DNA of 64,000 bases from Telluribacter humicola (GTDB lineage: Bacteria > Bacteroidota > Bacteroidia > Cytophagales > Spirosomataceae): assembly GCA_040394475.1 (NCBI GenBank), contig JBEBSD010000030.1, forward strand, positions 33-64,032, given 5' to 3'. Position numbers and translations under genes: made by a program. How positions within the stretch are numbered: position 1 is the first letter of the stretch; each line of letters opens with the position of its first letter. Shown piece by piece: positions 26,513-36,600 of this stretch. The notes beneath the pieces are model-generated. The model was not told where the DNA came from. It was given only the letters and a program-made list of their open reading frames with translations, and did not search any database.

Positions 26513-26650
26513 GAGCTATCAGAAGTCAGCTATCGGAAGTCAGCTATCGGAAATCGGCTATCAGAAGTCAGCTATTGGGTATCAGCTATCAGAAGTCAGC
26601 TATCGGCTATCAGTTGTACAACTCATAACTCATAACTCATAACTCATAAC
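26513..26650. repeat. Family B degenerate tandem repeat plus heptamer run
   Basis: Repeated CAGCTATCRGAAGT / TCAGCTATCGG units (26513-26615), then AACTCAT x4 (26621-26650) running into the stop codon of the downstream convergent gene. Confidence 0.9.
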
Positions 26651-29600
26651 TTTTTCAACCCACTCAAATATTCAACCAGATCGACCAATTCAGCGGTTGT
26701 CATGGCTTCATGCAGCCCGGGTGTCATCAGTGATTCATCCAGCTGCTTCATGGAGGCGATAGCCGACATTTTATATTCCTGCACGCCTCCGCCCGGAAAT
26801 TTAAGGATCAGGTCTGTTTCGGTTTTGCTGGAGATGATTCCGACCACTGTAGCACCGTCTTTGAATTTTACTTCATACCCTTCATAGCCAAAGCTGATTC
26901 CGGCACTGGGGTAATACAACGCCAGGTATTGAGCTTCCTTCGGAAGTTTATCCCCGATTTCAGAGAGTTTCGGACCGAAATCAGCTCCCTCCCCGTTGAC
27001 CTGGTGGCAGGCGGAGCAATAGTTGACGAAAACGGTTTTCCCTTTCGAGGAATCTCCCGTACGGGCCGTTAACTCCGACACCGGCGGATGTTTCTGGACA
27101 GCAGTGGCAGCAGCAGCGTCAATATAGCTGTTGGCTTCCGCTCTGACGGCCTTTCTCCAGGCGTTACCCATGCTTTGAATAGCAGTAGCTTTGAGTTCTC
27201 CTTCCAGTTTGCTGTTCCGCAGGTATTCCAGTAACCTATCTTCCCCGGGCATACTTCCTGCCATGGAGCGAATAGCATCCCGACGCAAAGGTAACGGATA
27301 CCCGGTATCCAGCGCCACGGATTGCAACAGGTCCAGGACGACCGTGCTGCCTGACCGGCTCAGGGAGGCAAGTACAGCGCTGCTTTTGTCAATATCCTTC
27401 CCATTGATCACCGACTGGATCAGCGGCAGTCCTTCCTGTCTGAGCAACTGCTGGGCGGCCGTACGTCCCAGGCCATCATAAGGTTTTTGGAGCGCCATCT
27501 CGAGCAGGCGCTGGTTTTCTCCTGCCGGTTCAAACCGCTGAACCAATTCCATGTAAGCCGTGGTGCCATACGCAGCATCCAACACCTTTTGAACCTCCGC
27601 CATGGCAACCGGGGTGGTTTTTACAAAGCCGGGATCCAGGTGGCGGAGTGCGATTTCGGCGAGTTGGCCGGAAGGATCGCCTTTCATCAGCTTCAGCAAT
27701 GCCTCTGATTTTTCCTTACCGCCGGGATTGAAATCAAATGCCCTGAAATAGCGGAGCCGTTCCGGCAGCGGGACCGTCGGGTCGCCGGCCAGACGCGCCA
27801 GACCGGGGACCGATAACGGGGTTCTTGCCCTCCATATAATATCCCGGGCCGCTGTTTCCTCCAGGCCGTCCGTGGCCGCCCACGCTTCGAAGAGGGCATC
27901 CCAATTGCCTTCCGCACCGATTCCCAGGGCTTCCAGGTACCAGCGGTCATCGCCCTCGTATGCTTGTGCAAGCTTTACCCAGGCAGCGGTAGCGGCAGGG
28001 GTCTTCCGCCCGTAAAGCGACAGCGCAATTTCCCGGCGTACCTGCGGACTGGAATCTGCCGCCATCCGCGCCAGTAACGGACTGATATCTCCCGGAAGCT
28101 GCCGGAATGCCCGGATAAGGGTAATCCGAAGGTTTGGGTTAGGATCGGTCAGGAAGGGGATCCAGTAGGGATCGGACAGCGGGAGCATTTTACTCAGCGC
28201 CCAGATGGACCGGGCCCTTGCCACCGGCAATATGGCCGGATTGGCTGCCTGTTTTTTTAGCAGGGCCGCTGCTTCTACCGGATGCCGTTGCAGGGTTTTC
28301 CAGGCGAGGTAACGGATTGACAGATTAGGGTTGCTCAGGGCAGCCACAGCGCCGGCGCTGCTTTCAAGGTCGACGGCGGGGAGGGTATACCGGGAACCAT
28401 CGGGCGCCAAGCGGTAAATCCGCCCTTTTTCCATATCGCCCATCTGATGACCTCCGACACCCGGATCGTACCAGTCGGAAACGAATACCGAACCATCCGG
28501 AGCCGTGCAGATATCAGAAGGACGGAACCACTGGTCCCTTTCACCCTTTAACAGGTTGAGGGTGGTAGCCGTAAAACCGGCCCCTTGGCGGCGGATGGGG
28601 TAAGCCCGTACGACGTTCGGTCCGGCATCGCAATGGATGATCTGGTTTTGAAAAGCTTTCGGAAGTAAGTCTCCTTCATAGAAAATCATCCCGGTAGGAG
28701 ACCCGGCCCCGGTTTGCAGTAAATTGGGTACCACGCCCGGATCGTTCAAATGCCAGTGGCGAAAAGGAATGGAATCCTCCAGGTTGGTACGGTTAGCCCG
28801 CCATCCTGCGCCGGTTAATTCGTCGGTGTACCCGTAGTTGCCATGTTCCATGACAAAGTTGATCCGCACCCCGCGGTTCCCGTCGTCGTCGTTGTCGGAT
28901 TGCCAGATGTTTCCGTAGCTGTCTACTGCCGCTTCGTAATTATTACGGAAATTATGTCCTAATACCTCCACGTTCGAAAAGTCTTCATCGCAGCGGATGA
29001 GCAACCCCTGCCGGTAGTTGCTGAAATCAATAGCCTTACCGTTTTTGTCTTTCAGCGGCTGCCCGTTTTTGTCCTTCAGCTGCTTCCCTTCGTTGCCGAT
29101 GGCACAGTAAAACTTCCCATCCGGCCCGAACACGAACGAGTGTATGCCGTGATCATGCTGTTCTCCTTCTATTCCCGAAAATATAACTTCTTTTTTATCG
29201 GCGATATCGTCCCCGTCTTCATCCGTCAGCAGCCATACATACGGGCTTTGAGAAACGACCGCCTTGTTCCCCATGACCCAGATCCCGATGGGTGCATTTA
29301 ATTCCGGATCCTGATAAAAGATTTTTTGTTTGTCGGCCTTGCCGTCGCCATCGGTATCTTCAAGAATAACGATCCGGTCACCTTTGGGATTAGCCGGTTT
29401 TCCCGTAATAGCCGGCCGGTAGTTGTACGCCTCACACACCCATACCCGACCCTTATGATCGATATCGATCGCCGTCGGATTGATCAGCATCGGTTCCGCT
29501 GCAAAGAGCACGGCCTGTACGCCATCCGCCACATCAATTCCCGCCAAAGCATGGGCCGGCGAACGTTTCTGAGCTTCTGTAAGTTTATGATAGAGAGTAT

Positions 29601-29709
29601 CAGCAGCGATCTGCCTCCCTGCCGGAGCGTAGGGAGGTTGATAGGAAGCTCCTGTGGCGAAAAACAGCGCAATCGCCAGGCTGATGACAGGGTAGGTTGG
29701 CAGGGTCAT
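26644..29709 (-). CDS. Large secreted heme-binding protein (membrane-bound-dehydrogenase-like beta-propeller, HEAT repeats, C-terminal cytochrome c)
   Basis: 1021 aa with a signal peptide. Motifs: GRVWVCE..YNYRP, DRIVILEDTDGDGKADK, a central helical-repeat region, and C-terminal CSACHQVNG (CxxCH). Confidence 0.75.
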   Translation of the reverse strand: MTLPTYPVISLAIALFFATGASYQPPYAPAGRQIAADTLYHKLTEAQKRSPAHALAGIDVADGVQAVLFAAEPMLINPTAIDIDHKGRVWVCEAYNYRPAITGKPANPKGDRIVILEDTDGDGKADKQKIFYQDPELNAPIGIWVMGNKAVVSQSPYVWLLTDEDGDDIADKKEVIFSGIEGEQHDHGIHSFVFGPDGKFYCAIGNEGKQLKDKNGQPLKDKNGKAIDFSNYRQGLLIRCDEDFSNVEVLGHNFRNNYEAAVDSYGNIWQSDNDDDGNRGVRINFVMEHGNYGYTDELTGAGWRANRTNLEDSIPFRHWHLNDPGVVPNLLQTGAGSPTGMIFYEGDLLPKAFQNQIIHCDAGPNVVRAYPIRRQGAGFTATTLNLLKGERDQWFRPSDICTAPDGSVFVSDWYDPGVGGHQMGDMEKGRIYRLAPDGSRYTLPAVDLESSAGAVAALSNPNLSIRYLAWKTLQRHPVEAAALLKKQAANPAILPVARARSIWALSKMLPLSDPYWIPFLTDPNPNLRITLIRAFRQLPGDISPLLARMAADSSPQVRREIALSLYGRKTPAATAAWVKLAQAYEGDDRWYLEALGIGAEGNWDALFEAWAATDGLEETAARDIIWRARTPLSVPGLARLAGDPTVPLPERLRYFRAFDFNPGGKEKSEALLKLMKGDPSGQLAEIALRHLDPGFVKTTPVAMAEVQKVLDAAYGTTAYMELVQRFEPAGENQRLLEMALQKPYDGLGRTAAQQLLRQEGLPLIQSVINGKDIDKSSAVLASLSRSGSTVVLDLLQSVALDTGYPLPLRRDAIRSMAGSMPGEDRLLEYLRNSKLEGELKATAIQSMGNAWRKAVRAEANSYIDAAAATAVQKHPPVSELTARTGDSSKGKTVFVNYCSACHQVNGEGADFGPKLSEIGDKLPKEAQYLALYYPSAGISFGYEGYEVKFKDGATVVGIISSKTETDLILKFPGGGVQEYKMSAIASMKQLDESLMTPGLHEAMTTAELVDLVEYLSGLKKL

Positions 29710-29921
29710 AGGGGTCGGATTGTTTTTTTATGTTAAAAGTACACTTAATTTAAAAATCTACTAAGTTGAAATGCAGTTAAGCTACCCGATACACGACATT
29801 TTGTCGGCCGGTTAAACGTTTTGATATAATTATTGTCATACTAATAGACGTTACAGGTCCTATTTTCAAGCATAGGTATAGTATTTTGAGTGGTTATTCA
29901 GGAACTCTAAACAGAACTGTC

Positions 29922-30335
29922 ATGAAAAATGCACGTAATTTGAATCTTGACCCCGAAATTCTGATGCGAATTGATTTCGACAATTCAGTAAACGGGGGAG
30001 CCAGTGCTACCGATATTCAGGTCACTGATGTGGCAGACGGCTATAGAATGCTTTTGAAGGTGCCGGGGGTAGAGGCGGATGATATGCGGGTGGAAGTGGT
30101 GAACAGCCGATTGTTGATTTACCATCATTTCCCTGTTTACGGACAAAGTGATTTGTTGCCGAATCATTATAAATCCATACGTGTCATCGGGAACTTCGTA
30201 ATTCCTACCGATGCCGATGCCGAGAAGGTCTCGGCTGCATATGATACCAGCGCCCGTCATTTGGAAGTATTTCTTCCCTATACGGATGAAGAACAGAAGA
30301 ATTTCCGGACAAAGGTGGCGATTGACAAGCGATAA
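29922..30335 (+). CDS. Hsp20/alpha-crystallin-family protein
   Basis: The pattern DVADGYRMLLKVPGVEADDMRVEVVNSRLLIYHH...VSAAYDTSARHLEVFLP fits an alpha-crystallin domain. The track ORF starts at a TTG at 29886; the first ATG is 29922. Confidence 0.65.
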   Translation: MKNARNLNLDPEILMRIDFDNSVNGGASATDIQVTDVADGYRMLLKVPGVEADDMRVEVVNSRLLIYHHFPVYGQSDLLPNHYKSIRVIGNFVIPTDADAEKVSAAYDTSARHLEVFLPYTDEEQKNFRTKVAIDKR

Positions 30336-30354
30336 AAGCCACCGGGTGAAATAG

Positions 30355-30392
30355 AAACGGCCTGCAGCTATCCTAAGCTGCAGGCCGTTTTG
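30355..30392. terminator. Bidirectional intrinsic terminator
   Basis: AAACGGCCTGCAGC-TATCCTAA-GCTGCAGGCCGTTT gives a 14-bp stem flanked by an A-run and a T-run. Confidence 0.75.
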
Positions 30393-30404
30393 CATTGTGT
30401 TTTT

Positions 30405-30675
30405 ACGCGTGGACTGTGCCCGTGGACTGTGTCTTCACCCGTGGACTGTGTCTTCACCCGTGGACTGTGTCTTCACAGTCCACTCCATCACCGGGATAGA
30501 CCGCCCGTTTCCGGGTTGGACCGCAAAATGGTCTGTGGGACACAGACCATGGACGGACTCACCGTGGACTGTGTCTTCACCCGTGGACTGTGTCTTCACA
30601 GTCCACTCCATCACCGGGATAGACCACCCGTTTCCGGGTTGGATCGCAAAATGGTCTGTGGGACACAGACCATGG
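30405..30675. repeat. Family A composite repeat, two tandem copies
   Basis: Each copy has iterated CGTGGACTGTGTCTTCAC, the palindrome GTGGACTGTG-TCTT-CACAGTCCAC, a spacer CCATCACCGGGATAGACC..CCGGGTTGGA, and the palindrome AAAATGGTCTGTG-GGA-CACAGACCATGG. Copies lie at about 30408-30552 and 30563-30674. Confidence 0.95.
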
Positions 30676-30676
30676 A

Positions 30677-31756
30677 TTATGCCAGCCGGTTGATGCAGTT
30701 CAGGTCCTCAAAGGCGGCTTTCAGGCGTTCAACCTGGCTTTCCTGGCCTTTCCGCAGCCATACCCGGGGATCGTAATATTTTTTATTGGGAGAATCGGCT
30801 CCTTCCGGATTACCCAGCTGGCTTTGCAGATAGCCTTCTTTCGACTGGTAGTACTTCAGAATACCTTCCCAGGTAGCCCATTGCACATCCGTATCAATAT
30901 TCATTTTGATTGCACCGTATTCAATGGCCTCACGGATCTCTTCACGGGAGGAGCCCGAACCGCCATGGAAAACGAAGTTAACTGCCAGCGGGCCTGTGCC
31001 CAGGTGGCTTTCGATGTAATCCTGCGAGTTTTTCAGAATGACCGGTGAAAGCTTTACGTTCCCGGGTTTGTAGACGCCGTGCACGTTTCCGAATGCGGCC
31101 GCTATGGTGAAATTGGGTGATATTTTACTCAACTCTTTATAAGCATAGGCCACTTCTTCCGGTTGGGTATACAACTTGGAACTGTCTATATCGGTGTTGT
31201 CCACGCCATCTTCTTCTCCTCCGGTTACGCCCAGCTCAATTTCAATGGTCATGCCTATTTTCGCCATTCTTTCAAAATAACGGGCGGAAGTTTCGATGTT
31301 TTCCTCCAGTGACTCCTCGGAAAGGTCCAGCATATGTGAGCTGAACAGCGGGGTCCCGTACTGGTCAAAATGCCGCTCCCCGGCATCCAGCAATCCGTCA
31401 ATCCAGGGCAGGAGTTTCTTGGCGCAATGGTCCGTGTGCAGAATGACGGGAACACCATAGAGCCCGGCCATTTGATGCACATGTCCGGCACCGGCCACAG
31501 CACCGGCAATTGCAGCTGCCTGATTGGTGTTAGGGACACTCTTGCCGGCATAAAAAATGGCTCCTCCATTGGAGAACTGGACGATAACCGGACTGTTAAC
31601 GCTTTTGGCAGCCTCCAGAACCCCGTTTACCGAATCGCTTCCGACAACGTTTACCGCCGGTAAGGCATAGTTGTTTTCGTTCGCGTGACGGAAGATATCG
31701 CTGACCCCCTGTCCGGTTACAACACCCGGTTCAAAACGTGTGATGACTTCACTCAT
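30677..31756 (-). CDS. fba: Class II fructose-bisphosphate aldolase
   Basis: 359 aa with VILHTDHC, FHGGSGS and IKMNIDTD motifs. Confidence 0.95.
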   Translation of the reverse strand: MSEVITRFEPGVVTGQGVSDIFRHANENNYALPAVNVVGSDSVNGVLEAAKSVNSPVIVQFSNGGAIFYAGKSVPNTNQAAAIAGAVAGAGHVHQMAGLYGVPVILHTDHCAKKLLPWIDGLLDAGERHFDQYGTPLFSSHMLDLSEESLEENIETSARYFERMAKIGMTIEIELGVTGGEEDGVDNTDIDSSKLYTQPEEVAYAYKELSKISPNFTIAAAFGNVHGVYKPGNVKLSPVILKNSQDYIESHLGTGPLAVNFVFHGGSGSSREEIREAIEYGAIKMNIDTDVQWATWEGILKYYQSKEGYLQSQLGNPEGADSPNKKYYDPRVWLRKGQESQVERLKAAFEDLNCINRLA

Positions 31757-31906
31757 AAGTTTAATGATTTTTGAAAGATAGTTTTAGCTTATTCCGTGAT
31801 TACCTGAGAAGAAGCCATTTATACAATGCAAGTTAGCTAATTTAGAGGGGAATTTGATGAGGTGTTTTTAAATTTGAGGGGAATATGAAGGAACAGACCG
31901 GGTCGT

Positions 31907-32149
31907 ATGGTAGCAAAGAATAGTAAAACAATCTGGATCGCACTGGGGATTGGATTTATGGTAATAGGCGTGTTGGAATGGCGGCGAACGTCGCTGCCGG
32001 AAAGCTACTGGTTGTTCCTGGCGGGGCTGGTTTGCCTGCTGGTATTTCAATATCTGCGGTTGCGAGCGATGGCCAGGGAAGGAAAAAGCCCGGTGAGCCG
32101 CGACACGGCGACCAGATCCGGACAACCGCGTAAAAAGACTAAAAAATGA
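31907..32149 (+). CDS. Small two-TM membrane protein
   Basis: 80 aa with two hydrophobic helices and a basic tail. The stop overlaps the next start as ATGA. Confidence 0.4.
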   Translation: MVAKNSKTIWIALGIGFMVIGVLEWRRTSLPESYWLFLAGLVCLLVFQYLRLRAMAREGKSPVSRDTATRSGQPRKKTKK

Positions 32150-33336
32150 TGGCATACGGATTTTTGATAGCGCTTGTCTTTGCGGGTGCGGGCTACTACG
32201 GGGCCGTTAGGGCGCTCACCCTGCATTTCTCCTTCGATTGGGTCAATCTCCGTTCAGACGACGAAAAGCAGCGGCATTTTATTCTCGACTGGCGGAGGAA
32301 ACTGCGCCTCATGCGATTGTTGCTGATTGCTTCGGGCTGTTTTTTGTCCGTGGTGCTGGTGCTCGAAAAATGGGAGCGCTATCAGGGGGTACCCGATTGG
32401 ACCCTGCTGATCATACTGTTTGCCGCAGTATCGGTTTTGTGGATGGCAGGACAATCGCTGTGGGTGCGGATCGGGCAGGCTTACCCGCAAACGATGGCGC
32501 TGGAACGGTTTCCGGTCCGGTTTGCGGAATGGCTGATCACACCGGTCTACTGGCTGATTGAACCCTTTGTAGATAATGAGGAAGCCGAGCGGAAAGTGGC
32601 GATGGCAGTACGGGAAGAAAGCGGTCTGGCGACGGAAGAGGAGGTGGAAGATGACAGGGTCGATGAACAGATGTTACGGAACGCCCTGGAATTTAAGGAT
32701 GTTCGTTTGAAGGACTGCATGATTCCCCGGACCGAAATCAGCGGGGTAGATGTGGACGATACGATTGAAAACCTGAAGAAGGCATTTATCAGCAGCGGAC
32801 ATTCCAAAATTGTGGTGTATAACGGGTCTGTTGACAATGTCATCGGGTACTGCCATTCCCTGGCATTGTTCCGGAAGCCCAAGGATATCAGCAGCATCGT
32901 CACCCCCATGCTGACAGTGCCGGAAGCAATGCCTGCCAGTGATCTTATGCTGCGGTTCCTGGAAGAACGGAAGAACCTGGCCATTGTGGTCGACGAATTC
33001 GGAGGCACGGCCGGACTGGTCAGTATGGAGGATATCCTGGAACAGATCTTCGGAGAGATCCAGGATGAATACGATTCTACCGAGGATTGGGTGGAACGTC
33101 AGCTGGATGCGCACACCTACCTGCTAAGCGCACGCCACGAAATCGATTACCTGAACGAAAACTACGGGTGGAACCTGCCGGAAGGAGAATACGATACGCT
33201 TGGCGGACTGGTGATAGCCGTCTATGAGGATCTGCCGGCAGAAAATGATGTCATCAAACTGCCTCCCTATACCTTTAAGGTAGAGGTCATGCAAGGCAAC
33301 CGGATCGAGTTAATCCGTGTAATACTGGAGCCGTAA
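32146..33336 (+). CDS. Hemolysin-family protein (TM region, CBS pair, CorC_HlyC domain)
   Basis: 396 aa with N-terminal TM helices, a CBS pair (DCMIPRTEISGVDV.., VVDEFGGTAGLVSMEDILEQIFGEIQDEYD) and a C-terminal transporter-associated domain. Confidence 0.8.
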   Translation: MMAYGFLIALVFAGAGYYGAVRALTLHFSFDWVNLRSDDEKQRHFILDWRRKLRLMRLLLIASGCFLSVVLVLEKWERYQGVPDWTLLIILFAAVSVLWMAGQSLWVRIGQAYPQTMALERFPVRFAEWLITPVYWLIEPFVDNEEAERKVAMAVREESGLATEEEVEDDRVDEQMLRNALEFKDVRLKDCMIPRTEISGVDVDDTIENLKKAFISSGHSKIVVYNGSVDNVIGYCHSLALFRKPKDISSIVTPMLTVPEAMPASDLMLRFLEERKNLAIVVDEFGGTAGLVSMEDILEQIFGEIQDEYDSTEDWVERQLDAHTYLLSARHEIDYLNENYGWNLPEGEYDTLGGLVIAVYEDLPAENDVIKLPPYTFKVEVMQGNRIELIRVILEP

Positions 33337-33650
33337 GCGGTCAGGCAACCCAGGCGGACAACGCGTTGTTCTGTCATTGTCGAGGCCCGCGGCCGCCCGG
33401 ATCCGGGCACAGAAAGCCTGCTTACGGGTAACAGGAGATGCTATTCAGGCAGCGTCTCCGGAATAATTTAATTGCTTTCATAGTTAATTTCACATGCATA
33501 TTCACTTAACTTTGCAAGGCGTCAACTGACAAACTGGCAGTAAAGTTTGTAGCGGATTGATTTTAGTAAACAACAGCTATCGCCTGATCAAAAGATAATT
33601 GGTTGCAGGACAAGGACCCGAAAGATGAAGAATTCTCAAACAAGTAAAAA

Positions 33651-36600
33651 ATGTTAAAGTTATTCGCCAAATTATTTGGTACCAAAGCAGAAAGGGATTT
33701 AAAGGCATTAACCCCTTTTGTCGGATTGGTAAATGCTGAATACGCAAAATTAGACGGGATTTCGCACGATGAATTGCGGGCTAAATCCGATGGATTAAAG
33801 GAATTGATCCGGCAGCACCTGCAGGAGATCGATGATAAGCTCGAGGAATTTCGTCAACAGGCGTCCGCTGAAGTGGATGTGGATGTAAAGGAAGGGATCT
33901 TCAAACAGATTGATGACCTGGAAGCTGAGCGGAATAAAAAACTGGAGGAAGTATTGCTGGAAATCCTGCCGGCAGCGTTTGCAGTAGTAAAGGAAACAGC
34001 CCGGCGCTTCAAGGAAAATGACTACCTGGAGGTAACCGCGAATTTCGATGACCGTGAGTTTGCAACCCGTAAAACGCATATTACGATTGAGGGCGACAAG
34101 GCGCGCTGGAGCGCTACCTGGAACGTGATGGGGCATCCGATCAAATGGGAAATGGTGCATTACGATGTCCAGCTGATAGGCGGGGTGGTATTGCACCAGG
34201 GGAAAATTGCGGAAATGGCGACAGGGGAAGGAAAAACACTGGTGGCAACTTTGCCGGCTTTTCTGAATGCTCTCGCCGGAAGAGGCGTTCATATCGTAAC
34301 AGTAAATGATTACCTGGCAAAACGGGACTCCGAATGGAATGCACCTTTATTTGAATTTCATGGACTGAAGGTCGATTGTATTGACCGCCACGAGCCCAAT
34401 ACCATTGCCCGCCGGAATGCGTACAAGGCAGCGATTATATACGGGACCAATAACGAATTCGGATTTGACTACCTCCGGGACAACATGTCGCGAAGCGTGG
34501 AAGAACTCGTTCAGGGCAAACATCACTATGCGATGGTCGATGAGGTTGACTCCGTGCTGATCGATGATGCCCGGACTCCTCTGATCATCAGCGGACCTAT
34601 TCCCCGGGGAGACCAGCAGGAGTTTATGGAGCTGAAACCCCGGATCGGCCGGATTGTGGAGGCCCAGAAACGCCTTGCAATGGACCTGTTGAACGAAGCC
34701 AAGAAAAAGATTGCGGCAGGGGATAAAAAAGAAGGAGGGCTGGCGCTGTTCCGGGTTTTCAGGGGAGTGCCGAAATACAAGCCGCTTATCAAATTTCTGA
34801 GTGAGCCGGGTATTAAAGCGATTATGCAGGAAACGGAGGGCATTTACCTGGCGGAAAATCAAAAGCTGATGCCGCAGGCCAATGCGCCGCTTTATTTTAC
34901 CATCGACGAGCGGCACAACAGCATTGAGCTTACTGAAAAAGGAATTGACTTCCTCACCGGTGAATCAGAGGCTGCCGATTTCTTTATCCTCCCCGATATT
35001 GCTATTGACCTGGATGCGATTGAAACCGATACTTCGATCACCGATCAGGAGCGGGTCCTGCAAAAAGAATCGCTGATCCGCGACTATTCAGTGAAAACAC
35101 AGCGCATCCATACCGTCAACCAATTGCTGAAAGCCTATACCTTGTTCGAAAAGGATGTGGAATATGTCATCATGGACGGAAAAGTGAAAATCGTCGACGA
35201 GCAAACGGGACGGATCATGGAGGGACGGCGTTATTCGGATGGGCTGCACCAGGCAATCGAGGCGAAGGAAAATGTGAAAGTGGAAGATGCTACCCAGACT
35301 TATGCGACCGTTACGTTGCAGAATTATTTCCGGATGTACCACAAACTTGCCGGGATGACCGGTACGGCGGAAACCGAAGCGGGCGAGTTCTGGCAGATCT
35401 ATAAGCTGGATGTGGTTTCGATCCCAACGAATCTGATCATCGTACGGAAAGACCAGGAAGATAAAGTTTACCGGTCAGTCCGGGAGAAGTACAATGCCGT
35501 AACCGATGAGATTGTGGAACTGGTACAGGCCGGTCGGCCTGTGCTGGTGGGGACTACATCTGTAGAAAATTCGGAGATTATCAGCCGGATGCTGACCATG
35601 CGTAAAATCCCCCACCAGGTACTGAATGCCAAGCAGCACCAGCGCGAAGCCGAGGTGGTGGCCGAGGCAGGAAAACCCGGTACCGTAACCATTGCTACCA
35701 ACATGGCCGGACGGGGTACGGATATCAAATTGCTCCGGGAGGCAAAAGATGCCGGAGGACTGGCCATAATTGGTACGGAACGCCACGAAAGCCGCCGGGT
35801 AGACCGGCAGCTGAGAGGACGGTCCGGCCGCCAGGGCGACCCGGGCTCTTCCCAGTTCTTTGTATCACTGGAAGATAACCTGATGCGTTTGTTCGGATCT
35901 GACCGGATGGCCAAGGTGATGGACCGGATGGGACTGGAAGAAGGGGAGGTGATCCAGCACAGTATGATTACTAAATCGATCGAACGGGCGCAGACCAAAG
36001 TGGAGGAAAACAATTTCGGCATTCGGAAACGGTTGCTGGAGTACGATGATGTGATGAACTATCAGCGGGATGCGATCTACCGCCGGCGTAGAAATGCGTT
36101 GTTCGGCGACCGGCTTGCAGTGGATATTGCCAATACGTTATTCGACGTCTGCGACGATATTGTGAATAATACAGACGGCGGCAGCTTTGCTGAGTTTGAA
36201 CTGGCGGTGCTGACCACCTTGGGCATGGAGGCTCCGTTTGACGCCGGTGAATATGCCGAATTGAAAGCGGTAGACCGGTGCCGGAAGTTGTACGCCGCTG
36301 CCGAAGCGACTTACCAGTCGAAGAATGCGGGCATTGCACAGAAGGCATTGCCGGTTTTGAAGAATATTTTTGCAGAAAGGGGAGCACAGATCACGGAAAT
36401 TATGATTCCGTTTTCCGACGGACGGCGGCAAACAGGGGTGGTGGTCAATCTCCAAAAATCCATTGAAGGGGAAGGAAAGCTGATTGTCAGTGAAATGGAA
36501 AAGGCCATCGTGCTGGCGCTGATTGATCAGGAGTGGAAAGAACATCTCCGGGAAATGGACGATTTGAAGCAATCCGTTCAGAATGCCGTATTTGAGCAGA

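Noticed and set aside
30390-30776. Track ORFs of 98-128 aa across the family A repeats. Similar ORFs occur at 49241-49841, 53103-53779 and 53-384.
   Set aside because: Their peptides are periodic translations of the DNA repeats (for example VDCVFTRGLCLHSPLHHRDRPPVSGLDRKMVCGTQTMD twice). They occur in several overlapping frames and on both strands, and lack any protein-like features.
33507-33514. Bacteroidota-type -7 promoter element TAACTTTG upstream of secA
   Set aside because: It matches the TAnnTTTG consensus, but I found no properly spaced -33 TTTG. A single 8-mer match is too weak to report as a feature.
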